64,000 nucleotides of DNA from Haliotis cracherodii (GCF_022045235.1 NW_027266275.1:25358001-25422000); one strand, 5' to 3'. Positions 23,529 to 37,119 are shown, counted from the stretch's first letter. Notes: a model not told the origin generated them from the sequence alone. Translations and numbers: made by a program.

Positions 23529-24591
23529 TGTCACGGTCTAGTGCCTCTTTGTTCCCCGCTACCATATTCTTGTATCTAAAATGCTTTTTGTATTTGTGAT
23601 TTGCAAACATTAGGGGAATTTGTATCTACATTCAGAACTTTGTCATGTATTTATGGTCATGTTTGCCTCATCAGTAATTGTACATAACTTGTTGTAAATC
23701 GTTAATGATGCCGTTGGATAGCTGATGTTCAGCGCTTTATTTTGATCCTTATTTCTTCAGCGTTCATATAGTAGTTAGTTTGCTATTCGTGTTTCCCCGT
23801 GTTAAGAAACACACGTTAGCTGGGCGCCCCAGTTAGTTGTATTCCCCGGCGGTCCCGGAGAGGTTCCTCCCTCTGACGTCCGCGCGCGCTGTGTATCTAA
23901 AGTCTTTCTAGATCTTGTGTCCCTACCATTCAGGCTCCGTTAAATCCTTCATGATTGTCTCGCTACTGGAGTGGTCACGGTCGAGAGGTGGGTTCGGGGC
24001 TATGTCGATCTTGATTCTGACTTAGTCTGGTTGTACTGAACTAATCTTAGTTACTAGGGTTTGTAATACAATGTCTTGATAGTAATCCGTGGATAACCAA
24101 GTTTCCCGTGATTTCTAAGCTTTGAGTTACAAGTGTTTCTGAAACTAAGTGTTTCTGAGTTTTTGTAGCAATCCTCAGATGACCTACCTTCCCGCGATTG
24201 ACGAGGCACTTAGTAACTAGGGTTTCCAAAAGTCTATAATTAGTAATTCGTTGATGACCATCCTTCCTGTGGTTAACTAACTATTTGGAAACTCTAGTAT
24301 TTCCTTGTTCAGTCAAAGTGACAGAATCTTTAGTCGATTAAAACTAGTTGATATTCAGACGTATTCGTCTATTTTGTAGTCTAAGTGACTCATTTTAGGG
24401 ATAAGCTCTCAGTGTTTATTTCCCGTTATTTTGCTCAGCCGAGGTTACTCACTCTAAAGAGTGTTGAGTTAATTGACTCGGGTGTTATTAGCAGTTATTT
24501 TAATAAACCTGTGAACCTATTACCACGTTTTCTTTATCACTTTATTCTTATTTTATGACACCCCTGATCATTGGAGCACAGCTCTGTGACA
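23529..24591 (+). mobile_element. Solo-LTR-like element (~1.06 kb), longest copy of the family
   Basis: TGTCACGG...CTGTGACA inverted TG/CA termini and aataaa at ~24502. Homologous to 7882-8450 and 12149-15305. No matching TSD. Confidence 0.75.
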
Positions 24592-27138
24592 GGGCTAAAA
24601 TCAGGGCACACTTTATTATTTTTAGAGCAGTTGTTTTAAACATATTTCACAAAGCAATTCTAAACCTCAAAACAAATATCAAATGACGGACCCTTTGCGA
24701 AATAAAGTGCCAACGAACAGTATCTCCCACATCTGAAAACCCCTCATGTGATTGGAATGTCTCTAGGACATTGAGATGTAAATTGCGTTCAGTTAAAATT
24801 AACCCTCCCGCCTGTTTTAGAGCTGAGTAAACGGACAATCACATATTTGGTGACAAACTTTGTGTTAATAAGTACGATTTTAATTTGCGGTGGGGACGAC
24901 CCTAGATAACATAGCGGTTTTTTCTATAGTTATTATCTACGCAAGAGAGTAAAGTGAAACACTATCTTAGTAGACAAAAATAGTTAGTGTGGGGTGAAGC
25001 TTTATTGACAGAATCCTTCTTTAATGCGCCTACCTACCCTCTTTATCAACCTTCAGCGGAATGTCTATGACATTTATACATTATGTACATATATGATCAG
25101 TTGGATAGAAAACATCTTTTGTTTTATAATGTTCTACATGTATATTAATATATGTTTTTGGTATTTTTTACCATCATTTACAAGAGCATGTGTAGATTCA
25201 AAACGTCCAATCCAGAAAATATTCTGAAGATTCTGCTGAAACAGATTATAGTGGTCAAAAGAATGATTCTGTCAATAGCATGCGTGCGTGCGTGCGTGCG
25301 TGCCCACGTTAGAACATGCCCACACACGACTGTTTGAGGTGCGTAGTGTTAACATATTAACATATATTACACCAACATTTACGAAAATATTACAAACGTT
25401 TTTAAAAAGTTACTTCGCTGAAAACAGTCGCCGAAACACTGCAAACAACAGCTCTCAACAAAGATACCCATATCAAATACCATGGTTCACCACCATCGAA
25501 AAATCATACCAAGCAGTTTAGATTCTCTGAATTCCTGCCAAGAAAATCCATTACTTGTTCAAGGATTTGACAGGGTAATGCATATGTCACTAGCATAGTA
25601 ACGAAATAAACGCACGACTGCAGGATCATTACCGTCTGAACAGAACGTGAACGAAAACAGTCACTAATGTTGGCACCAATGACGTCATAACCAAAGGTCT
25701 ATAACTCTTGTACTCTTGTACTACAGGGAACGCACTATTTAGGTTTATTATGTTCTGAATTTCCTCGATTATGGGTTAACATCGATGGACAAAGTTGAGT
25801 TTATGAAACACAACAAAACCATAATTTCGTTAATAATTATGTTTAATGAATCTTGCAATGTGTGTACAATTAATAGTGTTCATTCCCGTATTGTAGAACC
25901 ATTTTGGACCGCGTTGGGATGTGTTCCGTTATTTATTATGGTTCACGTCAGCTTCATGTGCAGTGTCCGAAATAAACGCCAGCCCGTAGGCCCGTGGCAG
26001 GTAGATCTTGTGTCGGGCCCGTAGTTTCAAATCTGTATGGGTCCTTATGGCCTGCAGTACATTTACGTGTCTATTTATTTGTCATTATAAGCAGCGGTCT
26101 TTAACATGTGGGCCTGAAGAGTTTCATCGGGGCCTGCAGCTTTTTACTACTGTGGGTCCTGGTGGTAGCTTGGCAATTTTGTATATTTCAAACTGGTGTC
26201 ACCTAAATATTTTTATTTTACGTTTCAGATGTCGATGATTGTGTCTGACTTAATGTTTCTAATTTGCTCGGATATTTCACGTATACGCAAGGCAGTACAT
26301 CAGGGAATATGTGGGTCCTGATGGTAGCTTAATTTGTTCGGATGTTTCGCGTACATGTATACGCAAGCCAATACGCCAGGGAACCCCTTAAGTGCCAGAC
26401 GTTTTATTCTAGCTTTGCAGATCAAGTAACGTTACGCTTTATTAATAAGTTTTGTCGGATTGTCATTCCCGAATAGGCAATATATGGCAAACTATCACAT
26501 TTCAGGATTGTGTTACCAAAATGTGACGGTGGTTGAAATGAAAACACCGGTGAACAATAGAAAAATGTGTTTGAAATGAAAAGTCAAGGGAGAATATCAT
26601 TTGCGTCCTTTATTGTCCTATTTTGAATTTATTTTCAGAATTGATACCAGTAAACAGAATGAACAGAAATAATTATGAACAATTATTTTATTCCACATTT
26701 GTGAAATGGATTGTGGAACTAAAACCTGAGCAAAAACCTTTTGTCAAGTTTCTATCAGATCAAGTCACACAATCCCTACACTATTTTGCGTTTATGTGTA
26801 TAAAAGATCAGAAGTTTATGTCTGCAAACCTTAGTATTGTGCTGCTGATGCACTCATCTAAACAGAAGAGATTCCACATCCAACCAGATGGAAAGGGTGA
26901 AAGAGTCTGGAGCTTGAGAGCCGAAGGTCGGTGGTTCGAACAACGGCCGCTTCATACCAAACTACTTTACTGTACTCATTGTTACCCTTCCTAGCGCTCG
27001 GCATTAAGGGGATAAAACAGAGGTTGGTAGGCTCGGAGTCAGTATACACTGTGTCCGAGTGATGGGACATCCAAGAGTCATGTTTAACTGCGGCATGGTA
27101 TCTCCCACAAGCATGGCACACAAGTGTGCAAGAATATA

Positions 27139-28188
27139 CGAGGGGCGTTCAATAAGTTTTGCAACTTGGGAATTTGTGTTTACACAAACAATGTCAACTT
27201 GTGGCAGGTGTGACACTAGTCATAACATCAGGTTTACACGTGTGATAACAAGTTCCAGACACAACAATGAGTTAGAAGTGATGGCTTCATTCACCTAAAG
27301 GTGGTCATAATCATTGATACTCTCAAACATTTACAACGCGCTGTAATAAAGTTCCTCACCAAGGAGGGATGCAAATCAAACGAAATCCATGATCGCATGT
27401 GTAAAGTGTGGGGTAAGGATGCTCCTGACTATTCCACAGTGTGCCGTTGGTCTCTACTGTTTAAAAGGGGTAGGGAGTCCATAGACGATGACACAAGGTC
27501 AGACAGGCCTTCAGATGCCACCCAACCGGAAACCATTGCTACTATAGAAAGAAGAATTTTGTCTGACCGACGAATGATAGTATCTGAACTTTCTAGGTAA
27601 TTCCAAATATCCGTTGGAACTGTTGAAACCCTTATTCATGAGCATCTTGGTATGTCCAAAGTATCTGCAAGATGGGTACCTAGAAAGGAATCAGAGAACT
27701 GAACGTTGTCGAGACCTCCTGGATCTCTATACTGCTGAAGAAGCCGGATTTCTTTCTCGTCTAGTGACAGGTGATAAAACATGGATACACCACTGAGACC
27801 CAGAAACTAAATTGGAATCCATGCAATGGAAGCATCCCAATTCTCCGCCTTCGAGGAAGTTTCGCACTCAACCATCGGCTGGCAAGGTAATGGCCACCAT
27901 ATTTTGGGATGCAAGAGGCATATTACTGATTGATTACATGCCACCAAACACTACAATCAATGGACAGTATTATTCCAGTGATTAATATCATGAGCATCGA
28001 TCCACGCAATTGGGATCAATGACATGTATCAACCAAGTCAGCGAGCCTGACCAACCGATCCCGTTAGTCACCTTTTACGACAAGCATAGTCACCTTTTAC
28101 AGCAAGCATGAGTTGCTGAAGACCTATTCTACCCCGGAATCTTCACGGGTCTTATATTGAAGTTGCAAAACTTATTGAACGCCCCTCG
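27139..28188 (+). mobile_element. Mariner element 1 (defective, 3' part of transposase missing)
   Basis: Matching TIRs cgaggggcgttcaataagttttgcaactt with TA on both sides. Transposase fragments QRAVIKFL...TVCRW..FKRGRESIDDDTRSDRP, WVPR, LVTGDKTWIHH, GKVMATIFWD, with stops and frameshifts. Confidence 0.92.
27975..28152 (-). mobile_element. SINE-like family B fragment inside mariner 1
   Basis: Reverse complement of the 5' part of 49053-49325. Confidence 0.85.
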
Positions 28189-28683
28189 TAAATGCAAAAA
28201 TCTTAAACGCGACGTTAAGCCCCATTTCACGTCGACCCAACCAGGGTCATTGCTAGTACAGACTTGTCACGCCTCGTGATGGCAAATCATGTTACTGTGA
28301 AGGTCCGGGCTAGAATTCGTCTGCAGCAACCCTTGCTTGTTAGAGGCTTATCGTCAGGCTCGCTGACTTGGTTGACGCATGTCATCGTATCCCAATTGCG
28401 AAGGTCGATGTTCAAGTTGCCAAGGAAGCGCTGCCAAGTCCAACCCACCCAGAACTTTTCGGAGAATGTGAAGACTTCCCAACACTGCAAGCTTTTGCAT
28501 TACCCAGATTGTCAGAAGGGTTGTATTCCTGGCAGCAAACCCGGTGGGTATTCTACCAATGCTCTCCCAACTCTAAGTCAACAGATTGGGCAGTACCAAA
28601 CCTTAGGCAGCGAAAACAATGGGGATTCAGTCAACTTGGTACTCGGGATGCCAGCGTGACATTTCGAAAGCGAGGTTTGCATA

Positions 28684-29951
28684 CGAGGGCTGGCTGAAAA
28701 GTTCTAAGCCTAAGTGGGATATCTCAATCGGATTGAAACAAACTTTTGCCACCAACAAGTACAATCATTTAATGAATCATAGACATAAGAACTGCAACTG
28801 TAGTGTTATTATTGTCTTTGTACCAGACCATCTTGTGAACCTACCCATTGAAATCACCAGAAATGGACAAAACTGGCTATAGGGCAGTCATCAAGTACCT
28901 GCAACTGAAAGGGCTTACTCCAACAAAGATACATGCTGTCATTATCACCAACGAGTTTCTGCAAGATGGGTGCCAAAGCTCTTGACAGCTGATCAGAAAC
29001 GTGTCAGATCCCTGACGTCCCGTGCCGTTTTGAAGCAGACCCCGATGATTTTTTGGCCCGATTTGTTACCATGGATGAGTGGATTCATCACTTTCAACCA
29101 GAAACCAAAATTCAGTCTAAACAATGGAAACATCCGGAATGACCAGCCCCCCGTGTCTTTTGTTTATGGGCATTCCTTCAACAAGAGTAATTATAATAGG
29201 ATGCAAGTTGTTGAATACATTTGATGTTTAAAACGATACTCTAACATTATTTTTCATAATAGACTTTTTTAAGAAATAACAACAAAATTAAAACTTTGTT
29301 TCATTCTGTTTTGGACAATAATTACATCACATTGCTCCGCCTTTTTGAGCCAATTGTCTGTCCGACTCGCAAAAGTCGCCATGTATGGTATGTAAGAAGT
29401 GGGATTTTATTACGCTTCCTGTGGCTCGGTTGGGGTTGCAAATGCTTGTACACTCCCTGGGTACTCTCCCAATGTCAGTCAACAGATCGGGAGGTAGCAA
29501 ACCTATGGCACCGAGAACAATGGGGAGTCAGACAACTTGGTACTTGCGACGCATTATTATCACTATTGTATACAGATTGAAATATAAATGGAGCAAAGGG
29601 GATTTGGGTGGTCCTTGTACAGTCAACCATGATCCATGATTGTGGCTTCGAACTCATTGACCATCCCCCTTATTCTCCCGATTTGGCCCCGTCAGACTTC
29701 CACCTGTTTCCCAAAATGAAAAAGCAACTAGCCGGTCGCCATTTTCCTAGTAATGATGACGTCATTTCCGCTGTGAATGACTTTTTTAGGGTGGCTGCAG
29801 AAAATTTCTTCTTGACTGGCACCCAGGCCTTGCAGCATCGCTGGCAAAAGTGTGTAAACCTGGAAGATGACTAGGTGGAGAAATAAATGAAAACCATCGA
29901 CTTGGTACGGGTCTTTCACAGTTAGGCTTAGAACTTTTCAGCCAGCCCTCG
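28684..29951 (+). mobile_element. Mariner element 2 (defective, with foreign internal segment)
   Basis: TIRs cgagggctggctgaaaagttctaagcctaa with TA flanks. WVPKLLT, and C-terminal HPPYSPDLAPSDFHLFPKMK...RWQKCV at 29620-29874. Confidence 0.92.
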
Positions 29952-30680
29952 TATTTCCCATGTTTTTTTCTGAACCTTGTCAAAGGGCACAGAAAATACA
30001 ATGATATATTTATATATGATTTCACTGGATTTGTCATAAAAAGGACATGATCAAGTTTTTTGGGGCTGAGGCTGTCTACGGGCCTATTCTAAAGAATTTT
30101 GTATTTATCATTTTCCATGACGCCCTCTACATATTCTGGGTCGTACCATGGATCGACCTCTGTGTCAAAACCACAAGTATGCCGAAGACGGTAATAGAAG
30201 GATGGAGCCACTCCATCACGTCACTTAAGATACCGTGTTTGTGCCAAAGCTGGGCATCTACTGACGATGTGTTGGACAGTCTCATTATGTTCTTGCATAA
30301 TCTACATTTCATATTTACATCTTCATGCAAGATCACACATTGACGGTTTCATCCAAGCAAAGGACTCTGCGGGCTGCTGTTCTTCTCAGTACACTCGACA
30401 TAAACTTAATGCACTAAAACTTTTCGGAAAATGAGTATTTTTTCCCAACACTGCATCCTTCTGCATTACCCAAATTGTCGGACCATTAAATACAGATTAA
30501 AATAAAAAATGCAATGAGGTGTTGTTTGATTGTTGGCGCGAGTGATTGATGTGAACATCAAAATAAATAACTGATCACGTTTTGTTTGAAGGTATTTATT
30601 GTATCCCTTCCTTAATGTATTCACAAATTAGGGACTAAATTATATGTTGTGAAAGAATACAATAATGACCACATCAACCA

Positions 30681-33600
30681 TTACAATTTAAATGGCGTAA
30701 TTGTTCCATTTTTGAATATGAAAAGTTTCTGTTTTAGTCGCGACATCATGGCGCCTCTGATACTAAAGTTGCTGCCTGAAACAACAAGGACCTTGCAGAG
30801 ACCTAGGATAGCCTGATCCAGAAGGGCCATTTCAAAACCCAGACAAGCATTAGACCATTTTCCTTGTCGGTCAATGTGAAGCACTAAACCATCAGTGTCA
30901 ACTTCACGTTCACCGAACCATTTCCTGGCACTCTTACGCACACCCAGAGAGTCGCTGGCTATGAAGACACGACTTTGGTTGTCATGCTTAGACACAAATC
31001 TCCATAAGGAATCTACAGACGATAATGAATTTATTTGGGAACCGTCGTTGGGAATGGTAGGATTCTTCCTCAGTCGTACGTGAGCACAGATTAAAGTCCT
31101 GTTCTTTGGAATTCTGTTCATAAACATGTCAACATGTTCTTCAAAATGAATAGATAGTTTCATCAGAAGGTGCCAAATTGTTTGAAAGATTTTATAATGT
31201 TTCATGTCTTTAAACTCCTTTGGAACAAAGCGACCATATCTTGGACTGTTTTTAATTCTGTTGATGATATCTTGGTTTGTTTTCAAGAAGATAACATCAC
31301 TTGGGTGATCAATATCAAAGTCACTTTCAACGTCGACAATGCCTTTGCGGTTATCCATCCAATCCACCATTTCCCAATTCAAACCACGAATGTCGTTTAC
31401 CTTCACATACCAGTTTACTTTATTTGGCACATAGAACATCTTGATATCACATGGGTAGGACATATTGATGCCAAACTGTCGACCTGTTACTTTAGCAAGC
31501 AGATAGGCCGCTACCATACCCCGTTGTCTGTCGCCCCAGCCTCCACAAGACCGCACTTTGTCACACAGGTAGATCAGATACCGTCTGCGTGGCTTTAGGT
31601 TGGATTTGAATGCATCACGTTTGGAGTCTGTAATATGTTTTGTGTAATTTGTATCACCAGGTGAAACTTTCACACTACCTTCATTAACTGTTGAGTGGTT
31701 TTTCGCACCCTGTTGTAATGCGAGAGAAGTCGATCTTGTACCAACTTTATACTTAACTGTGTTTTCCATCATAGAGCTGATGTTTGAGACATGTATTCTC
31801 GAACGGCTGGAAGAGATACAATTGTCCGCAGTTGGTAAACATCTTGCAGCAAACCATGGATAAGTTTTGAGAGACAAATATAGAATTTGGTACGACATAA
31901 AGAAATAATATAAACTTGAAATGTTAAAGCCTCAAGTTTCACTCATCGTATGGAAACGATTTACATCGTACCTGCATGTGTAATCGTCATTATTTTGAAA
32001 CAACAACTAAAAAAAGAAGTTTAGTTTGCAGGGATAGGTGATAATGTCGAATACACTATAAAGAGCTATGATATATATTCTTGAAGATATAAAACTATGG
32101 TATATGTACCTGAGGTAAGAGTGTATCACATGTGGTCGTAATGTTTCTGTGTTCAGTATGTAGACGAAGACTGCGACACAGCCAATAAGAACCAAGGGGG
32201 GCATTGCCAGTTTTATGTTTCGCTGTGTAAACCTGAAACAGATAAATTCACAAATGCATTATTCCGAACTGTTCAGAGCCTTTCATGTAAGGACCGTCCA
32301 AGGGACATTGATAATGTGAAATCATTTTGTTGGACTTGAGATGCTGGTTTGCTACAGTGTTGGAAAATACTTGGACAAACTTATACCATACAATGCAGCT
32401 TTCTCAGCTCCAGTAGGTATATAACAGTGTTACCTCTATTGTGTTGAGACCTACATTTGCCACGCTAATGACACAGTATTGGTTTGTAAGGAGGGTAGTA
32501 TAATAAAATCAAGCAAACTTTNNNNNNNNNNNNNNNNNNNNNNNNNNNNNNNNNNNNNNNNNNNNNNNNNNNNNNNNNNNNNNNNNNNNNNNNNNNNNNN
32601 NNNNNNNNNNNNNNNNNNNNNNNNNNNNNNNNNNNNNNNNNNNNNNNNNNNNNNNNNNNNNNNNNNNNNNNNNNNNNNNNNNNNNNNNNNNNNNNNNNNN
32701 NNNNNNNNNNNNNNNNNNNNNNNNNNNNNNNNNNNNNNNNNGTCACTTGTCACTTGATCGCAAATGTTTGTTTTCAATGTGGTTGTAACACACGACCAAA
32801 CTGTTAAAACTGGTACTGGTCATGTCAATGTTGCAGTTTCATTGTTGCAGAATCTTTACGAGAATCAGTACAAAATGCAAATACTTTCAACATATAGCAC
32901 ACATGATATACCCTGCTTACTACATGTACCTACATGATATTGTTACATTTCACTTCTTCCTCATCTAATGTCAAGATGTACACATGCATTGAACACCTTG
33001 ATCAAGACAATTACAGTATTTAATTTAATATGTAATTATTAGTTTCACTTTAAATTCAAGTTCAAATAACTTTTTTGACCTGACCATGTACATGTTTATC
33101 TTGAGGATACAAAATGGACCTTAAATTGTCTATGGCGAGATTAGGCACAAATCCAACAGTTGACTTCTCTTCGTTTTGGTTGTTTGTTTGTTGTTTAACG
33201 CCGCACTCAGCAATATTCCACCTACATGACAGCGGTCTGCAAATTTTCGAGTCTGGACCGGACAATCCAGTGATTGACATAATGAGCATCGATCCATGCT
33301 ATTGGAATACGATGACATGCAACAACCAAGTAAGTGAGCCTGACCACCCGATCCCGTTAGTCGCCTGTTACGACCAATATATATTATTTCTATAAGATCA
33401 GTTTTAACATTGAAGGTGAAATTGGGTTTAACGTCGCGTCCAAGATTATTGCACTTATATAGCGACGTGCATGCACGTGTGTGTGTGGCTGCTTGTACTA
33501 GTCCGGACTGATGTCGATTTATGGTGCTAGCTCACTGAGATACCATGCCGCAGTTTAACATGAATACCCCACTAAGACACAGTATACTGACTCCGAACCG

Positions 33601-34161
33601 ACCAGTCCTTGTTTTAGCCCCTAAATGCCGAGCGCCAGACAGGGTAACAACAAGTACCATCTTTTTAACGTCTTTTGGTATGACGCGGCCGGGGATCGAA
33701 CCCCGGACCTTCTGATCTCCGGGCGGACGCTCTAGCACTAGACCACAGAGGCGATCGTTTTAACATTGAAACATATGATGTATCTGAATTGCTATTGCTA
33801 TTGCAGTGTATTATTACTTCCTGCTACACATTACATTCAGTATATTTGAGACAAAAATGGAAACATTTTAGATTTGTTATTGCAGTAAACCAGGAAGGAC
33901 ATTACTTGGAATGGTCCAATGTATCGTTGTTTTGTACACAGGGATCATTATGACCTCAACCTAAATGGAACAAAATCAAACAATAAAAAATAATGCACTG
34001 AGTGCAATTGTGATCGTTGGTTTACTTCGAGATCATCGTTATGTTACCATACAAGATAAAAAAAGAAAGTTATTAGGTTCGAAGTAGAACATCTTTTCAT
34101 TACTCCGATGTTGGTTTGACGACATTGTCCTCTTAGCATAGTGTTTCTCTTACCCCAGCAT
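30681..34161 (-). CDS. Type II membrane glycosyltransferase, alpha-1,2/1,6/O-fucosyltransferase superfamily-like (418 aa, 3 coding exons)
   Basis: complement(join(30681..31806,32110..32232,34154..34161)) = 1257 nt with phase-2 junctions. MLGFTQRNIKLA, then TM MPPLVLIGCVAVFVYIL, stem, and catalytic region with CGGWGDRQRG, CAHVRLR, VFIASDS, HID and DQAILGLCKVLVVSGSNFS. The 8-nt first coding exon is the least certain part. Confidence 0.8.
33178..33375 (-). mobile_element. SINE-like family B, 5'-truncated
   Basis: Reverse complement of 49130-49325. Confidence 0.85.
33415..33756 (-). mobile_element. SINE family A, full length
   Basis: Reverse complement of 5417-5752; 14-bp TSD gttttaacattgaa. 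Confidence 0.92.
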
Positions 34162-35019
34162 GTCTCACGCTTGCCGGGATCTATGAGGACAAAGGCGCTC
34201 CTGGTCGTTGGGCCGGGCCTTGTCCAGGCCGGAGTAATGCTGAAAGAAGATCGCAGTGGGGCGCAGTGGAGCGCAGATCAGATGTCGGTCAAATCACAAG
34301 AGTCACAAACTTCTTCAAAGACATTTGCGAAACTTGTACTCGTAAAACCCACCGTGTTCTCTCCACAACTTCTACCCGCAAAAACTCGGAGCTGGTCGAG
34401 TCTACTTCTGCATAGGGGTTTTCAAGTGATTAAACCAGATCTGTTTTTGCATAGTTACATTTTTCTTGTTTACACAACAATAGACAAGGTTTCAAGTAGG
34501 ATTTTTTAGCGTTAAAACTTTCGGTAATGTGTAAAATGTGAGACCTGATTGTAAATCTCTGACCTCACCGTCACCTATCTTCCCTCGGTCTTTTAAATAA
34601 CCCGGACCAAAACAAGTCATGCTCATAAATCAGGGTAAGGTGAGCAACAAGGAGTTATCTCAAGTGTTGAACTGAATTGCGTCTCGTGACATGCAAACAA
34701 TTCGACCTCTTGTTGTTAACCTTAAGGTGTAGACGACAATGATAGACAACATTGCAGGTATAGAGACGATGACACTTAAATGTACAATCATGTGTGCTTT
34801 AAAAGTAATACAAAGGTCAAGGATATATCGACAACATGCGTGGCTTCACGTTACCTGTCTGCGTCGCTACACGAGTGATAAATTTAAACGCGACGTCAAG
34901 CTCCATTTCACCTAGCTTATGTCCCCTCATGTCTCATGTATATACGCAGTGCAGTGTCAACCTTGCTGTCTGTGGTCGCATTACTCTTTTTGTCACGTAG
35001 TTGGTTTAGTGAGCTCGAG

Positions 35020-35242
35020 TGAATGAGTGAGTGAGTTGGGTTTTACGCCGCTTTTAACAGTATTCCAGTTATGTCACGGCGTGTCAGCTTAATGTGGGAG
35101 GAAAGCCCGAAGTAATGCAGGTCTCAGAGGTTTACCACTTCGGGATTCGAACCCATAATCATAGGTTTCTGGCGTGCCCAAGGGACGCAACTCTGCACAG
35201 CGAATCGCGGCGCCTCCGACGACTGGGCCACCCATGCCCCCT
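35020..35242 (-). mobile_element. SINE family D, internally deleted
   Basis: Matches 2915-3195. Confidence 0.8.
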
Positions 35243-37119
35243 TGTTGGTTTAGTGAATGACTTGCATTGTATGATGTTTACGTTATTTACTTATAGAAAA
35301 CAAACATGCGTTTAAGGCGTGTCCGTGTAATATTATGTAAAGAACAAAAGAACACAGATCGGGCAAGATAGACACAAAAGACATCATAATAATTTATATA
35401 AAAATAATATGATGATAGAAATGACTGGAACACATCGAAAAATAGAAACAATATTTTTATTTTCAGTAGGTTAATGGCACACATCATATTACACAGACTT
35501 TCCTAGACGAGAGCATGTTTTTTGCTGGAAAACGGTGGTAGACTGAAGAGCTTTTAAAAACCTAGATGGAAAAGGAAGAAACAACCTGCATACGAGTCGA
35601 GTTTCCTGAACAGTTTTAGATTACAGTAGGGAGAGCCACAGGAACCTTCCTGGTACTCCTGCATGACCTCTAGATTTATGTATTGGCGCGATTTCAAGTA
35701 TTGAGCCTGACAACGATTGTGCTGTTATTCGAGTACTGTGGAAGTAACTTTCAGAAATAATCTCATCGATCCAGCCAGACGCTCGTCTGTCAATAATATG
35801 ATTACCACATGGACCAATCAAAATGCTGAATATATTTCGGTGATAGAGGTCGGCCGACATTATCATGCCACTAAATACAGTTATAAGAGGGAAGCATTAC
35901 CAAACCTTGTCAATAATTACTAGATTATGATGTCAGACACTTTGCTAAATTCCAACCGTTTTTGGCAACCGTTGACTACTTGATATGTCGAATATGTCAC
36001 CAAGACTTTAATAACGTCCACTGTTGTATCATTATTCACACCTTCCTGAATTAATGGCTGACACCTTCTCCAGCCTCACTGACTACCTTTGTGATCTAAT
36101 GAATAGAGTGTCTGCCAAGGCGCTCAGTACCAAAGAAACTTTAAAAGATGATACTTGTCGGCCGGTGACAAGTCGGCCGGTGAAACCTCTGATTGACCAA
36201 TCACAATCAAGTATCTTCCATATAAGCGGTAGAGTAGAAAATATATCTGATTTAAGAATGACAATGCTTACACGGACAATACATGTTTGTATGATCTAAT
36301 ACCAACGTGTATTTCATCAACAAAATATAACTGAACCTTTTAATGTTTAAAACGTGAACAACATATTTCAGAATACAATCATCGCACTGACCAGTAATGG
36401 CCCATGCCTAACAACCAGTCGATAACAGTAGACAATACATCATATACCAAATGTTACATGGATAAACCTATCTAAACGGGTTTTACTTGGCTTTCAGTAC
36501 ATGTCGAAACACCAGCATTTGCATTGCTTACTTCTGCAGTGACCCTTGCTTGTGACAAGGGCAGTCACGAATTTGAGAGCTAGAGTTCCTTCCCTTTGAC
36601 TGTGTGGGCAGCAGATATAATCTAGCAGACACCTCTGTCGCTGGAAGGAAAACTGTTTTAAGTGGACTTAATATGATGATTAGGTGAAAATATATGAACA
36701 TTGCGGGATCTTTTCAAAAATCTTTTTCAAATTTTGTTCGTTACAGGATTATAGATTTAGGAATCAGATACATGTAATACAGATACAATGGTGGCAAAAG
36801 GTGTAACAACATACATATTATGTGCCGAATGTAATATTGTTATTTATTACACATGTAATATGATTGTGTTAAGCGTGATATGCACTGGGCTAGTTCTTTC
36901 TCACCAGACGTTGTGAAATGGTTTGAAAAGTGAACTACAGACAGTCCGGTAGTTATCAGTTTTTCAACTTCGCAGAAATATTTATCCACGTGATATAGTT
37001 GTAAGTGAAACAAGGGCTAATTCTATTCTTTAGTTAACAAGTCGTCAATTGAGCCTGTAGACGTTGTTTAGCCCCCTTTCTTTGGTAGTAATTAAATGTC
37101 GTGCTAGCAACGGTTGATA

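Larger units (their letters stand above)
26900..28235 (+). mobile_element. Diverged SINE family A copy interrupted by a mariner
   Basis: Head and body at 26900-27136; tail (aatgcaaaaatcttaaacgcgacgttaagccccatttcac) resumes at 28191. Confidence 0.8.

Noticed and set aside
30127-30480. Merlin/IS1595-like transposase relic (KCRLCKNIMRL)
   Set aside because: Only a CxxC-like hint; no catalytic motifs recognisable.
31807-31898. N-terminal 30 codons of the 405-aa ORF
   Set aside because: Better explained as intron: a strong acceptor ttgtatctcttccag joins in phase to the TM-encoding exon.
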